A DNA stretch of 63,912 nucleotides, the filler included, from Collodictyon triciliatum (Eukaryota), in assembly GCA_043381765.1 (NCBI GenBank). It is 6 parts of 6 records of this genome, joined end to end, with 100 filler letters (N's around TTAATTAATTAA, not from the genome) between each part and the next. Parts side by side here need not be neighbours in the genome. Positions count along the whole stretch, not along the records: positions 1 to 16,403 come from JBHJMP010001554.1; positions 16,504 to 32,875 come from JBHJMP010001555.1; 4 more parts are not named here. The stretch is one strand, 5' to 3'. A model generated the notes under the pieces. That model was given only the letters and a program-made list of their open reading frames with translations, was not told where the DNA came from and searched no databases. Position 1 is the first letter of the stretch. Each line of letters opens with the position of its first letter. The translations under genes were made by a program, and so were the position numbers. Shown in pieces: positions 13,227 through 27,200 of the stretch.

Positions 13227-15400
13227 TTATATGGAATCTGAATAAATGTCAAGAACTTGGCGCCTGATAGGTGGTCCTCCAGAGTAATGATCGAGAAAAA
13301 AGTCCCACACTTCCTTCACCACGCCTCGGTAATGCTTCGCTGGGGGTCATATATGTTTTTTTAAAATGAGATACCGATGGTCGGCGCATCGAGTTGGATA
13401 ATGGCATCATCATATGCAGAAACCTTTGGCGAGGTCAGGCTTTGGTTGGTTTTCTCTCTCCAACAGCAAGGAGTTGTCAATCGGACCAGGAGGAGGCAGC
13501 GTAGAGCCTTATGTGGTTAGACAGTCAGTATAACATCATCACTGTAGCGATTAAGATACCTGAAGAATCAGTCAGGGATGTATTGTAGTTTGCTATTGTA
13601 TTTCTGGATTCACGGGCAAATAGCTCTATTTGTGAAGTTTGTTTCAATGGCTAGAATTTTCTTAGTGGAATAATGCTCACCGTCCATGGCAAATGCGTTC
13701 CATTTGCGAAGCCACTGGGCATCAATTATATACCTGTGTATGATGATGCATCATTTCAGCCAAAAAAAAAAGCAAAAGCAAAAGCAAAAGCAAAAGCAAA
13801 AGCAAAAACGAGGGGAAAAGAGAGGTTGTTGCTTGTCAATAGTCATATCAAATTACCATAATTCGCCAGGTCGAAGAACTGTTCTATCAATATCCATGAT
13901 TCGCCTCCTTTCAAACCTTCTCCTAGTCTCGATGTCATGAAATTGTTGACGTGTTGGCGCCTAATTGAAGTATATATAAAAGGAAATGGTACATTTTCAT
14001 TCTTTCTGCTTACATTTTTTTATCGATGTTGTTGGGTATTTTTTCTTACATCTACCCCAGCATCGCTACTTTCTGAAGGCACACTTGTGTGAATCTTGTT
14101 CATAAATTTACGGTATTACAAAAAACATCGACAATATCCATTAATCCTATTGTTTAAAAGAACATACCAGAGGAGATACGTGGGATAGTAACTCTGTACA
14201 ATCTCGACTTGGAGATGAATTTTTCGAAGAATTTGAAGACGACGGTCTATCATTCAAGTAAGTTGAGTTCGTGTGTTGCTTATGTGAATTAAAAAAATGC
14301 AATTCTTTTTTTGTCATTGGGCAATTAGGGAGTTGGCGACCTTGAAGTTCCTTTGGGGCTGCAGCCTACAAGACAAACAGTTAACAAGATTAGAGATTAA
14401 CTTTTGAAAGTCGTATGAATTACTTACTCGACGACCCTTTCACAGAATGGGTTGAAGCTTTCGAAACTAACTCATATGAACCTACAAAGTTTGTGCTACC
14501 TTTATCTGCAGATAATGTTTCGCTCTCTATAAATCTAATGGGATGTTCTTTTAACAATATATGTGTTTGTGTATCAATGATAGGTTCAATATATACAACA
14601 GGCGAGTGTGCAATGACTTGTTGCGTATAGTAAGTATTACTTGGCTGTCTTGGAGAATGACTCGAAGGCCATCACCACCTCATCAACTATCCGATTCAAT
14701 GTGATATCTTGTCGATTTGCTTTCTATAGAGATATTCAAATACGTTGCAACATTTTTTTATAGTACAAATTCTTAAAAAGAGTCGAATGAGTTATTTGTC
14801 AGTTGCGATTATCGTCGTAATCTTACAGCGCGATAGGTATTCGACAAGTTTAATTGTATGGCCATTCTTTTTTTTCTATAGAAAAAACAAGAAAAAACAA
14901 GTGGCATATTTTGTGCTTCTTAATTTGTTTCGGATTTTTAGTGCAAAAGCAAAAGATGACAGACCGTCCGACAAATAGGGCACTCTAACTTTACTTTGAA
15001 GCACTCATTGATGCAAGTAAGACAATCTGACAAGTTATTCGCAGTTAAAAATATGAGCCAAAATCATGATAGGTAGAATCGCGGGTGATTAAATGTCGTT
15101 TTCACCATTGAATGGCACAGGAATTTCGTCTGGTGGCATTATAAAAATATATTGTAAACATAGCCATGAACTAAAATGCTAGTACAGTTATGTCCGCATT
15201 TTGGGAGAAGAACCGCATTTCTAAAGGGAGCGATGCATATAGGGCATGTCAGTCTCTGCTCCAGAAAGTCAAGTTCCTGTTCAAGCGACTGGAATGGATA
15301 CCCCATCCTGAATCAAGTTTTTTTTTTTTTCTTAGTTGCGAAGTTACTCGCCAAAACCAGGTTACTTAGTGGCAAGTTTTTGAGAAAAGAGGCAACCCAT
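13227..15400 (-). CDS. Putative N-acylated RING-finger (RAD18-like C3HC4) plus DUSP-domain protein, ~303 aa, 12 exons
   Basis: Phase-consistent GT-AG exons: 15400-15366, 15307-15186, 15026-14965, 14723-14641, 14534-14428, 14365-14341, 14246-14168, 14094-14050, 13960-13857, 13733-13681, 13507-13424, 13339-13227. Translation: MGCLFSQK...LTCPICIAPFRNAVLLPKCGHNYCLTCINECFKVKLECPICRT...LNRIVDEVV, a Ser-rich linker, then WYIIDAQWLRKW...PPPGPIDNSLLL...HYRGVVKEVWDFFLDHYSGGPPIRRQVLDIY. Confidence 0.88.
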
Positions 15401-16058
15401 GGAGTTCTGTATTGGCACCCGATGAGTTTCTGAAGCTTTATTCTTTTGATAATCTTTTTTCTCTCACAGCCCAACTGGTGTTATATCTACAATGTCCATG
15501 AACGATTTCGTGTGTTTTGTTTCTCCATCGTAGCGAAAAACCGAAGCAAAGACACACATAACCGGAAACATCACATACGGAATTCAGCTCGATATTACGA
15601 TATGTGGACCTTTGGCAAAGTTGCGCCCAAAATAAGTTTGAAAAAACAGTTTAGAGTCAAACAATTGTTTTCGGACATAGATTCGTTTATTTGGTAGATG
15701 AGAGGAAGGTGAGGGAGGCGGTTGTAAGATTTTTGTTTCGTGTCTACACAGACAGGCATGATAACGGCGTTTCAATAACAGAGAAGTGGCGAATTGGGTT
15801 TTCTTTCTTTTTTTTGCTATCATTCTGGGAGCAGAAAAGTCAATGGGGTGAGAGAAAAGCATGAACAAAATAATAGCAAAACCCCGATGTCTAGTTGGGA
15901 GTAGAAGAGTTCCAACGTATCTGGGCGGCTCATGTACTTTAGATACCAGAGCTCCTTTAATGGTGTTAAAACATATTAAGTTTCGAGGGGCTTTTCTACC
16001 AAATAGTTGTTCAGAAACGAGAATTGTTTTCTAATAGCTGAGTATTGTAGAGTTACAC

Positions 16059-16231
16059 TCACAAGTCTTTTCTCCAGAGTGTGATTTCTTGTTGCTTAAA
16101 ATAGCGACGATCTTCTTCGTCCACAAGAACAAGATTGAGATAGTATCTCACTGAGAACTTGTTATTCACCTGGCGGTAAGTAGGGGTGATATCGAAGGGG
16201 CTGAGAAACAGGCGCACAGGGATGGATTCAC
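16059..16231 (-). CDS. VPS26: Retromer subunit VPS26, final exon only (the rest is cut off by the contig linker)
   Basis: [57 protein letters not shown] matches the conserved VPS26 C-terminus. Confidence 0.95.
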
Positions 16232-16403
16232 CTTTATTTGATTGAATAAGATTTTAATGGGCACACATAGTAATTGTTACTTCATTCGTTTCTTTGCTGC
16301 TGGGGGGGGGGGGGGGGGGGGTGTTTGTTGGGTTTTTTTTTTCTTTTTTTTTTTCTTTTTTTGTTCTTTTTTTTTTTTTTTTTTTTATTGCTTTTTTTTT
16401 TTT

Positions 16404-16503
16404 NNNNNNNNNNNNNNNNNNNNNNNNNNNNNNNNNNNNNNNNNNNNTTAATTAATTAANNNNNNNNNNNNNNNNNNNNNNNNNNNNNNNNNNNNNNNNN
16501 NNN
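16404..16503. other. Artificial contig linker
   Basis: 44 N + TTAATTAATTAA (stop codons in all six frames) + 44 N; genes on both sides are truncated. Confidence 0.95.
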
Positions 16504-16682
16504 TTTTTCTCTCTCTTTTTTCTCTCTCTTTTTTCTCTCTCTTTTTTCTCTCTCTTTTTTCTCTCTCTTTTTTCTCTCTCTTTTTTCTCTCTCTTTTTTT
16601 CTCTCTCTTTTTTCTCTTTTTTCGTCGACACTGGTAACAACCTGTTCTTATCCGCACGCTTTTGACTAGGGAGAAATTGTAG

Positions 16683-19382
16683 TTGTCATCCCTGCTGACC
16701 AACCAGGAAGAGAGGAAACCGAGATGGCCAAGATACTCTCCCCTTTCAAAGTCAAAGTATCACTTTCACATATGATATTTATTAACAAAAGTGTGAAAGA
16801 AACGGCGAGACTTATACCGCACATATGGTAGGTTTTAGTCATGCGATCTGGCTTTTTAGATCACCGTGTGTTATTGGAGGTTTTCAGAGAAAATAAGCTT
16901 TTGCAATTCTATCATTCGAGTCGGAGAACAACGTTCAGCCTTTTGTTGAGAGGCTTCAACCAAGTGATGAAGGTTTGCTGCTATATGAAAACGAGAAATT
17001 AGTGATGCATTATCAAACGTTTTTTCGGACAAAGCCGCATGCAACCTTTCTATTCCCTTCTAGGACGAATATGAGTCCGAGGGAATCAAAATCTCTTTGA
17101 GACAACTTCACGACCAGGGCGGTCTTTTGGTATATGAGGCTCTGGAGGATGTTTTGATCGACGAGCCCCTCTATTGCCACAGCTGGAGTTATAGCAAAAT
17201 CTTTTTCATGCGAAGTGTGTTCAAGTCGCTATGGCTCTCTCGAATGTACATTGTAGAATCTTCAAAGTTCATGACAAATTACCAGGTTTACATCCACACC
17301 CTTCGTACACAGAAACCAAGCACACGCATGGGATAGTAATTGCTGTATGGTCATGTGTGTTTGCTATTCTCCAGCTCGCTAGAATCTTGCGCCGACTGCA
17401 AGCTTATAATAGAGTACAAAAGGAATCGGACCAGGGGTCCGAAGATATCACCATAGAGAGGTTGAGCAGTCATCTGGAGGTCAGCACAATTCACCCATAT
17501 TCACCGAACCAAACCATCTTTGAATTTGTTTTGAAGAAAAAAAATCAAGAAGTAAATGAGACAACAATAATTTTGTTTCCTTAGATGCTGAAGCAGCACA
17601 AATCGAAGGAATGGATTGATGCGCAACTTGTGGAAACTTTAGTCGAGGAATTAAAATCCAAAGATGAAAGCAAAGCTACCCTTATCTCAAGAAGCGACCT
17701 CGTCCGAGAAATTCAAATGTAAACAAACAGTCACATTATATGTTTTTTTTTCTTCCTTCATGACAATCCAATCAATAGCTCATTATGTAAACGTGATCTT
17801 GTCTTCTTTTTCTCAAAAACAAAACAACATATACATTCCTACAACAGAGACCACGCCTTGAAGCATCCAGACAGACTTTCCATTTACTCCACCAGCGATC
17901 TGGAGAAGGAAGTGAAATACATATTCGACAAGCTTCCATCAACTTGCCTGAATAACGTCACACGAGTATGTGATACCTTCGAACCGTGCGCACAAAGAAG
18001 AAAATGAAAAATCAATCTATTTTCTTGATTAATCGCACAGTCCAATCGCGCGCTTCGAATATTTTAGTTTTGTTTTGTTTTGTTTTGTTTTAGTATGAAC
18101 TGATTGCATCGTATCGGCCGAGACCGATGTCTTTGGGAGGAATCTCGTATAAGATAGTGGAAATCATGGATAATTATCAGGATCGACTCGGAGAATACAT
18201 CCATGATGTTTGGGCGTATGACAAACTGCGAAACGGATGGGCGTAAGCTCGATTGCATACTCTCTCTTCCCTATCTCTATCTCTCCCTCTCTGTGCTCTG
18301 ATTCTTTTTCTCTGTGCATATTTTTTTTTTATTAACAAAGTCCATCACCAATCAACGGAAACATTTGTTTTACAAAAAAAAAAAAAAACGGAAAAGCTAT
18401 GCGCCAAAACGAGACAACGAGAAAAGGCTCCACCACCAACTGGTTGCTTACGACGAGTTGACAGAGTCAGAGAAGAGCTACGACCGCAACATCGCCCGCA
18501 AGGTGCATTCACACAACGGCGCTCGCAATTCAATGCAATACAAAGAGAAAAAAAAGCATTGTTTGCTCCACATGACACAGACATATTATGAATTCCTCAT
18601 CTTTCTCCTAACATGGCTTATTTGCCTACGCCTCAAAGGTCATCGGGCTGATTTTGCAATGGGGATATACAATCCACCCGCCTGCTGAAAAGGGCTTTCT
18701 CACCGCTCCGAAACTCAACCTCGCGCAATACGAGGTAATTTCGTCTTCATTATTTCGCTTTTTGAATCAGAGCCCACATCTTCATCGGAATAATACGCTA
18801 ATGATACACCAGCGAGTAATTTTCCCAAAAGTCCGGCTTGGATAACTCAAAGAAAGAATGATTTTTTTTTTAAAAAAAAAAAAAGAAAAAAAAAAAGAGG
18901 ACTATACCTAGATGTGTTTTCTAATATTCTGGGTTGTGTGGTTCCACAGGCCAAAATAAAGAGTGGATATAAGATAAATCTACCACACTTTAAAGACAAC
19001 ACGCACATGACCGAGTTTGAGCCTTTGATGGAAGTTCTCGCAGAAAGTATTCATGACGAATGGGCAAAGGTGAGCACGCAGACAAGAAATCATGGATAGA
19101 TAAAGAATATGATTTTCAATAAGTGCATCTGGTTCTATTCATTCCCCCAAGCAAACAACACCACCAAAACACAAACATCGTCACCAGGGTCGAATGGAAG
19201 AAGGATTCCGGTATGGACACGTCAAGGAAAAGAAAGAACTGACTGAGCTCACTCCGTATCAATTTCTCAAGCCGGAGGTGAAGGAGTCGAACCGAAACTC
19301 TGTAAAAGGTGTGATTGAGTACCTCTTGTGGACGGGACATGCAATCGCGAGCGCAGAGAAAAAGACTCGCGTCTGCTTCTGA
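16683..19382 (+). CDS. Protein ending in two tandem RyR (ryanodine receptor Repeat12-type) domains; probably 5'-truncated
   Basis: Spliced: YRPRPMSL...RLGEYIHDVWAYDKLRNGWA|YAPKRDNEKRLHHQLVAYDELTESEKSYDRNIARK|VIGLILQWGYTI and LMEVLAESIHDEWAK|GRMEEGFRYGHVKE...LTPYQFLKPEVKESNRNSVKGVIEYLLWTGHAI. The N-terminal exons are less certain. Confidence 0.85.
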
Positions 19383-19614
19383 ATCAGCAAGACATTTTTT
19401 TTTTGAATTTCCGAAACATCCATAAATTAAAGATGAATTTGAATAGACAGGTAGTGATCGGACACAACAGGCGCTCAGGTATTCAAATAAGTCCAATCTT
19501 TGCGTGGCTTGAATGTCTGGATATTATAAGAAACGCCGAAGGTTTTTATTACACCGGTGAATGCTTTCCCTAAATATCTGTTTCGCTTGCATGCTTCGAA
19601 ATGATATGCCGCAA

Positions 19615-21207
19615 CTAGCGGATGAATCGCTCGACATTGGCGCTCTTTGCATCAAAAAATTCCTTTGCAAGTTCCTGTGTCTTTGAAGAGTTGGAATCTT
19701 TCTTCATTTCCTCAGCGACACGTTGCGCAATCTGGCGAAAGGCAAATGGAAGTCACAAGGAGTAATAATGATAACAATATATAATTCTATCATGATCGCC
19801 AGTGTGGTGGCGAGAAGGACGAGTGTTTACTTCATTTTCATTAACACAGAAAAAGTAAACATCAAAAATGCATCTCTCCTCGGCATGAGAAACTGTGCTA
19901 ACCTGACACTTTTCGACAAACGAGTCGAGCTTCCGGGAATATTTTTCAGCAAGATGGGGTTTGTTCGAGTGGTTGTGAGCTGATTTAAATAAAATAGTTT
20001 CTTTTAAAATAATAACAGTAATACATCCCGTAACCAATCGTCTCTGATGGTTTCCTAATTATAGCCCTGTCTTCCTTCTTCTTTTTCCCTCTCTTTCATT
20101 TCGATTGCTTTATATATATGTATTCATATCCAGTATTATTCTGTTTCTCACCTTTCATATGAAGTGCGACGAATTTGATAGCAGACTCTACAATTCCTTT
20201 TCCAGGATATATGGGACGTTTTTCTCCCAGCTCCGTTAGCGACTCGATGAGTGAATGTGCGATGGTTTGTTCAAAGTATCCCAACGTCGGAAGCTCGAAT
20301 AGATTGATTCTAAAGAGAACATGGTTTTGAGAGAAAGAAGTATTGATTAAAAGAACATTAAAGACAACAGTAGGAGGCATTTCACGCTTCTTTAAAAAAA
20401 CATCGTATTAATTTAACAACTGGCTTCCACAAGGTAGAAAGCGAAAGGATTCCTGCTTACTCAATTTTTTTTGGAGGCAGTTTCTTTGGTAGTTTGGCGC
20501 CTGCGTATTTCCACGGAGACTTCATAAACATGTCCAACGAACGCTCGTCCACTAGACTGAATATGCGATTCGCATAGGCAACCAAACATGCTTTGTTTCC
20601 CTCCACAAGTCCATTGTACGCGGCTGAATTGAGAATCGATTGTGTGCTGAAAGTGACTGGACAGTATCCTTTGAAGCCCAACTCGGCTGTGTCGACTTCA
20701 GCAACTTCCTCTGGACTTATTCTTTGTGGTAGATTAGGAGGAAGCGTGTATTTCGTATATGCATTAGGATGTATGACAAAGGCAGCCACTTCATTCGACG
20801 ATGCACACTTGTAATAGGTATCCTAAAATTCATCCAACTCATCAGAGCGTGCGAAAGCTGTGCGCGCATAAGACTAGAATCATACAAGTATATGAATTCA
20901 TCACAGACTCTTTTGGGAGAGTATATACATTTAACTCTAATGACGCACTACCTTGTACTCCACGATGTGCTCCAGTTCGTTGGGGCATTTGATGAGCTCG
21001 CCTCTGGAAACATAGCTTACTGGGCAGTATTCGCCAAAAGGAGAGAGCTTTTGATTGACCTCCTCCAAACTCAGACCAGTATCATAGACGCAGGCCGGGC
21101 GACCTTGTGGGAAGGAATTGATATAAAAATATGGAACATGTAATTCTCGGTTATTTGTTGTTTTGTCTAGAAAAAATAAGAAAGGATATACGTAAATTTA
21201 AGCTTGA

Positions 21208-21289
<82 letters not shown>

Positions 21290-24200
21290 AATAAATAAAT
21301 AAATAAAAATAATAAAAGAGATATTGGGATTGTAAGTAAATAGATTTTCAATCAAATACAAGTATAAAAAGAAGGCACCATTTTCTTTTGCTGACAGATA
21401 ATCCTGGCGACGTCTCAGGGATTTCCCGACAACAGAAAGAGAGTTTGTGCGGAGGGACCATTTTGATAACCCAGCATCCATTTTCTGAACAAGTCCGTAG
21501 CGGTTGTATGCTTTGAAGATGGGAGGTGAGTGCTGCTTGTATATTTGGAGCTGTGCATCTATGATATCACTGGAGTCCAATCTTGGCTCATTTCTGTCGC
21601 ATTACATATAAAGCATATTGTAGATTATTGATAATAGGTTAACAAGAATCTGAAATTCATTAATTGATAGAGGGTGGGAGCATCTTAAAAACAGGAAAAG
21701 TCACATGTATGAATTCCTGCTACAAATTATACCTTTTGTATTGTCTCCTATCTTGATTGACACGCTGGTGAACGAGATGATCGGGTAAGTCTAATTGGAA
21801 GACGTTTGTTGGGATAATTCTTTCCTGTTGCAATAATGCTTGTTGGTATTCCGTCGTAGGATATCCATCCAATACCCACCTGTGATAAAATAAAGTATTG
21901 CATAAATTAAGTTATATAGCATTCCACTCTGCATATAATTGGCGACATATGACTAGTTTATTACCCTCTTTCGATACAATCCCGCGCATTTAAGCGAGAC
22001 TTTAGTCCCTTTACGCAAAGCTCATCACTTAGTGGAGTCCCACGGTTCAGGCAGTAACGAATCTACAGTGGAGATCGTGTCAGAATACACAGAGCTTGTA
22101 GAATCAAACATATATTCAATTCAATTCAATTCAATTCAATTCAATTCAATTCAATTCAATTCAATTCAATTCAATTCAATTCAATTCAATTCAATTCAAT
22201 TCAATTCAATTCAGTGCTAAATGATGGATCATTTTTCTTTTCAACTTTTTTTTGAAGATCGTAAGGAAGCTATCATACTTCTTTCCCAAGGCGTGTCGGC
22301 TGTTTTGCAGCATATGCCAGGACAGAAGGCATGCTTAGATAGACCGACCCGGTGTCTTTGGCCAAGTTTTGTGTCAATGTGGATTTCCCAGACTTTGGTT
22401 GGCCAAGCACAATCAACTGGGGACGAATGAAGGGAGGGCGATAGGCTTGGTTCAGATAACGGAGCGGGTCAGTTTGGAATTCCTGCCAGGTGATGCGAAG
22501 TTGGGTTTGAGAACCACTATTTACTAGAAGAAAAGCATCGGAATAAAATACGAAAAAAAAAACTGATCTCAACTGCCGAGATGTTCTTCATATGTAAATG
22601 CATGTTTACTTTCTGGTTTGCGTCATTATGGAACATGTATATATGATGTCGGTATGTAGAATATCGTGTATTTTCTTTTGGCACTTGAGTGGCAAACTCC
22701 CTAGAATGAAAAAAAAAAACTACGATTGAATCGTTGTTGAACTGAATATGTAACATAATTGGGATTGTATGATAAAATGTTGCAACAGATAACATGAGTA
22801 TTTTAGACCTTTCTTTGGAAAGCTGGACTGGGTCATATCGCCCAAACTTGCTTAGTCTTTTCGTTCCGGAGTCGATCAGTTGACGAGCAATCTCAGGGGA
22901 AACCGAGACAGGAACTGAGAACAGACTTTGCCGGGGCTAGAAAAGGATAGATGAGAGTGGAGCTTGCTATTGGGTAAGCATGTGTATTTTTCTTCTTTGG
23001 AAAGGAAATGAATACCAAAGATCAAATGATAAGGTAGGGGAGGACGCCGTTCTTATTCATATGGTCATAATATCATTTGTATGTGTGATTCATATGAAGG
23101 TTGCTTACGCCTTCGATGATTTTTTTCAGGCCATTTTTTACGTTCATGAGGACGGTTGTTTCGCGGTCATTCGCATCAATGTTTATGACAGACATGTTGT
23201 GTTCGTTGGCATATGCCTCAACTGCCTCCGCAGCCTGGACATATTCCTCGTATCTGCCGCAAAAGCAAAAAGGATTCATTTCATCAACTGCCCGGAAAAT
23301 AGACTGCAAAAAATAAGTCAAAGCGATAACTGATAAAAAAAAATATAAAAAAAAAAGAGTCGAACTTTTTTGTAATGGTCTCTTTTGCATCCTCGTCCAT
23401 GGCTTGCTTTTTCTCTTGAATGGCCTGACGGCGGTCTTCCTCATCCTGCTTTTTTTTCTCGGGAGAATTTTCCTCTGTATTTTCATCGATACTGAAATGG
23501 CAAGTTAATAATCCTTTACATGCGATGAATAGGTAATCAGAGGAGAGCTATACTGACTCACTTTTCTCCAGACTGTTCCTGTTTTACAGCGTTCCTCTCT
23601 TTGTCAACGATTTTTGAGACATCATCCAGCATTGCTGGTTGGAAAATCCTCTTAACCTCCGTATCAGCATTGGTTTGAAGAGAAATCACTTTTTCAGGCA
23701 CAATGTGGAGCTTTTCCATGGCCTCCAACAGACTCGCTGTCACAGTTGGGGTGCCCACTAGGATCATTCCATCGGATTTATACGGCTACCCAGCATTAAA
23801 TCAAAATACTTTAGCTTCATATGTTGCCTTTTCAGATGACCATGGGTAGGGTGTAATGAATGGGAAAATAAAAACAGGGATGCAATAAATACTACGACCA
23901 AATCACTAGAGAAAGCTACCTCGCTGGCTAGAGCCTCGAAAATGGTGTTTGCGACTGCTTGGTCTGTGAATTTCCCATCTTCATCCTTTTGCAACTGAGG
24001 TAGGTCTGCTGATTGTAGGGCGTCTTCCTTTCTTTGCAACAGGGCTTCAATGGTCACAAAGGGAACTCCTGTGTCGGCAGATATCTTCTTTGCAATAGCA
24101 ATCTGAAGAAAGGGATTATGAAAAACATATTCATAGTTTTGATTGCGCTGATACTAAATCTGTTTGGAATCACCAACTCGGGAATGCTCTAGATTATGTG

Positions 24201-27200
24201 CAACGTATGGACATGCATAATAATGAAAGATTCATGAAAACAAAAAATCCACCTTGTTTGACCCCTCTGTTCCTTGAATCAGAACTCTTACTGCAGGTGG
24301 AATCTTCGGTTCCCCAGTTACATAGTTGGATGGATTGGCAATGAATTTTCGTTTATTTTCTTCTTCAGAAAATAAGTAAATGCTTCCTTTGAATACTGCT
24401 GCTAGGTCTTCCTATTGATTATTTGGAGTAATAATAAAATAATATAATATAAATATATTGGAAATTTGAAAAATGAATTACCAACGGTTTAGGGAGGAAG
24501 TTATTACTTTGACCATTTGTACGCAACAATAATAATGAAATTGAATACGTTGGATCAAAATTTACCTTCCCTGGTATTAACGAGTTGTAATCCTTCAAAG
24601 CAACAGGACAGTAGTTTCCCGTATCGCCATAACGCCGATCCTTCAATCAAAAAAAGTTTGCTGGGTTAAGTAATTTTTTTAGGAGAAAATAATGATTGGA
24701 ATTAATGCGTCGCGCTTTCAACTTTCAATCATTTGAGATGTGCTTACGGCTGGTGACAACAGCGAAAAGTCAATATCCTCTGCTCTTGGAATGATTGGGT
24801 CGATGGCATTCATGATTCTCCCAGTAACTTCATCCATGGTTCCGATGCAATCGATGGGATTCTAATATCAGTAATGAATGGGACAGACATTATCAAGACC
24901 TCCTACAATAAATCGCATCATCAGACCATAAATCAGCATTTGACATACATAGCGAGAGCCTGCATCGGTGAATATCCCAATCATTTTAGAATACGATTCT
25001 GAAAAAGCTCTTGCAGAATATTCGACAAAATTTGTCGACGGATATCTAGAGAGAGAGAGAGAGAGGAGTATACGTAAAAGTTTTAGGTTCAGTCTTATTC
25101 GATAAAAGGACCTGATTGCATATTTACGAAAACTTACTTTTCCGAAGCATTCCACCGATTCTTCAATGCGACATCTGGATTATGAAAATTCAATGTGAAT
25201 TTGAAATAATCGATGCAACTAAATTACTAGCTAACGTCTGTATACCATATTTTTGGTCGATATCAATCGAACATAATCACGCATAGACTTCAAAATACCT
25301 GCAGCATTCAGATCTACCAAATTTCCAGGGATAATGCCTCTCTCTACCAAAACAGTGGCCTATGAAAAGTGCTATTGAGTTATATACCGCTGCGAATGGT
25401 TATTTCGAAGGATTTTTCTAGAGGAAATAGTCTACAGAAACCTGTTCCGGTGTGAAGGGATACCCATCCAATACCCAACCGTTTGAATCTCCAGACGAAT
25501 CCTTGAAGAAGTGACAATTAAATAGAAGAATCGATAGCAACATGGTTACTTTTATAATTAAATTCAAATATTCAGTAACCATAGGTACCTCTGCAAGCTT
25601 TGTGGCCTTCGAAACAATATCAGCATAAACTTCTGGTGTAATTGATTGTCCAGTTTCTAACAATCCAATAATCTGTGGAGAATTACCGTTTATATGCTCA
25701 AATAAAGAGAGAGAAAGAAAATATAGTGAAGTATACTAAGACACGTAAAAATGAAATAGCCAAACTAATGAAAAGAATGTGCACCTGTTGCCCAATGTCC
25801 GTCTGGTTAGTGACATGATAATCAACTAATTTCTGGACATCGATGTGAACTAAACTATATTTGTTTGAAATTGCAGCTGCTTGTGTTGATTTTCCTGACA
25901 GCGGTGGGCCAAGAATGGCGAGCTTCATGAAAGGCGGTCCGGGTGTCACTCTGGTGAATAGGTGAGGGTTTTCTAGAAATTCTTTCATCTTTGCTTCATC
26001 TGCAAACATATATAGTTTCCCCTACAGAGAGAGAAAAAAGTGATTCGGATTTCTCATAATAATTCTAAAATCGAAAGATTAGGATTCCATCCATCTTTTC
26101 TTCACACCCATTTAAGCCAGTAGTGTCTCTGGACACGTAAGAGACATAATATCGAAGGCTGAAATTGGATGGAAATGTAATCGATAAAAGGTGCTACTCT
26201 GTAATCAGCTGCATAGTGGGGGTCTGCAGGAACTAGTTTTTCGGAATCTTTGTAGGTTACAGGGCAATTCTCTGCAAACTTTGATAATTCACGAGGAAAC
26301 CCCTCGATGATGTCTGTATTTTTCAGACTTTGTATCATATCTACACGATCTAATGAATGAAAGTGTTTGCATGGCAACTAATTAATATACTTTCTCAATT
26401 ACTTGATACACGTCATTCATAACTCGATAACTATGAAACTATTATCAAACAAACACCTGCTTCATCAACGTTCAACCTCTTTGGTAGTCGTGGTAGAGGA
26501 ACATTGTCGAGCATTAATTGGATATTTTCCACTATATCTGATATTGGCTGCAGTGCATCAACCTTGAATGTTTGGATAGTTCTAGCAGGAAGTGTTCGCT
26601 GCGTACTTTTGATGTCGTTTTCTATTGTCTGGTAATCTGAAATTGATGACACAAGTGCAGCCTCCGTATCTTCCGGACGCCCTACTAGCCTATTACATTT
26701 TTTTTTATTATTATTATTAATTGTTCATATCATAATTCCTATCATCAGCATTAGCACTATAAATTTTCAGACCACTTCGACATAAGAAATTATTCATATA
26801 TATTATTTTATGCTAATGTTTGTGTTGTGTTCCCGATGAAGACTAAATTAAAAAAATTACCAAAAGAAATAGAAAATGGACAAGAGAGCAATTTTCACCT
26901 TGACAATATCGCAACTGGGTCTCCTTTCTTCACAGAGTTTGGGCCTCCTGGACTTTCATCCTCAATTCCTTGTTCATTGTCCTGCTTTTCATCCTCGTCA
27001 TCTTCACTCTGCATTTTCTTACTCTTCATATCAATTTCATCCTTCAAAGCTCGACTATTGTACACCAGCCACGTTTCGGGGTCAATCTGTGTAGAATCGT
27101 GGTTAATTATTGATTGGACATCCTTTCTCTTTTGTGCGAACTCAACTACCAGATTCCCTCATAAAAGACGATTATTTGTTTTACCATCCTGCCGTTGATT

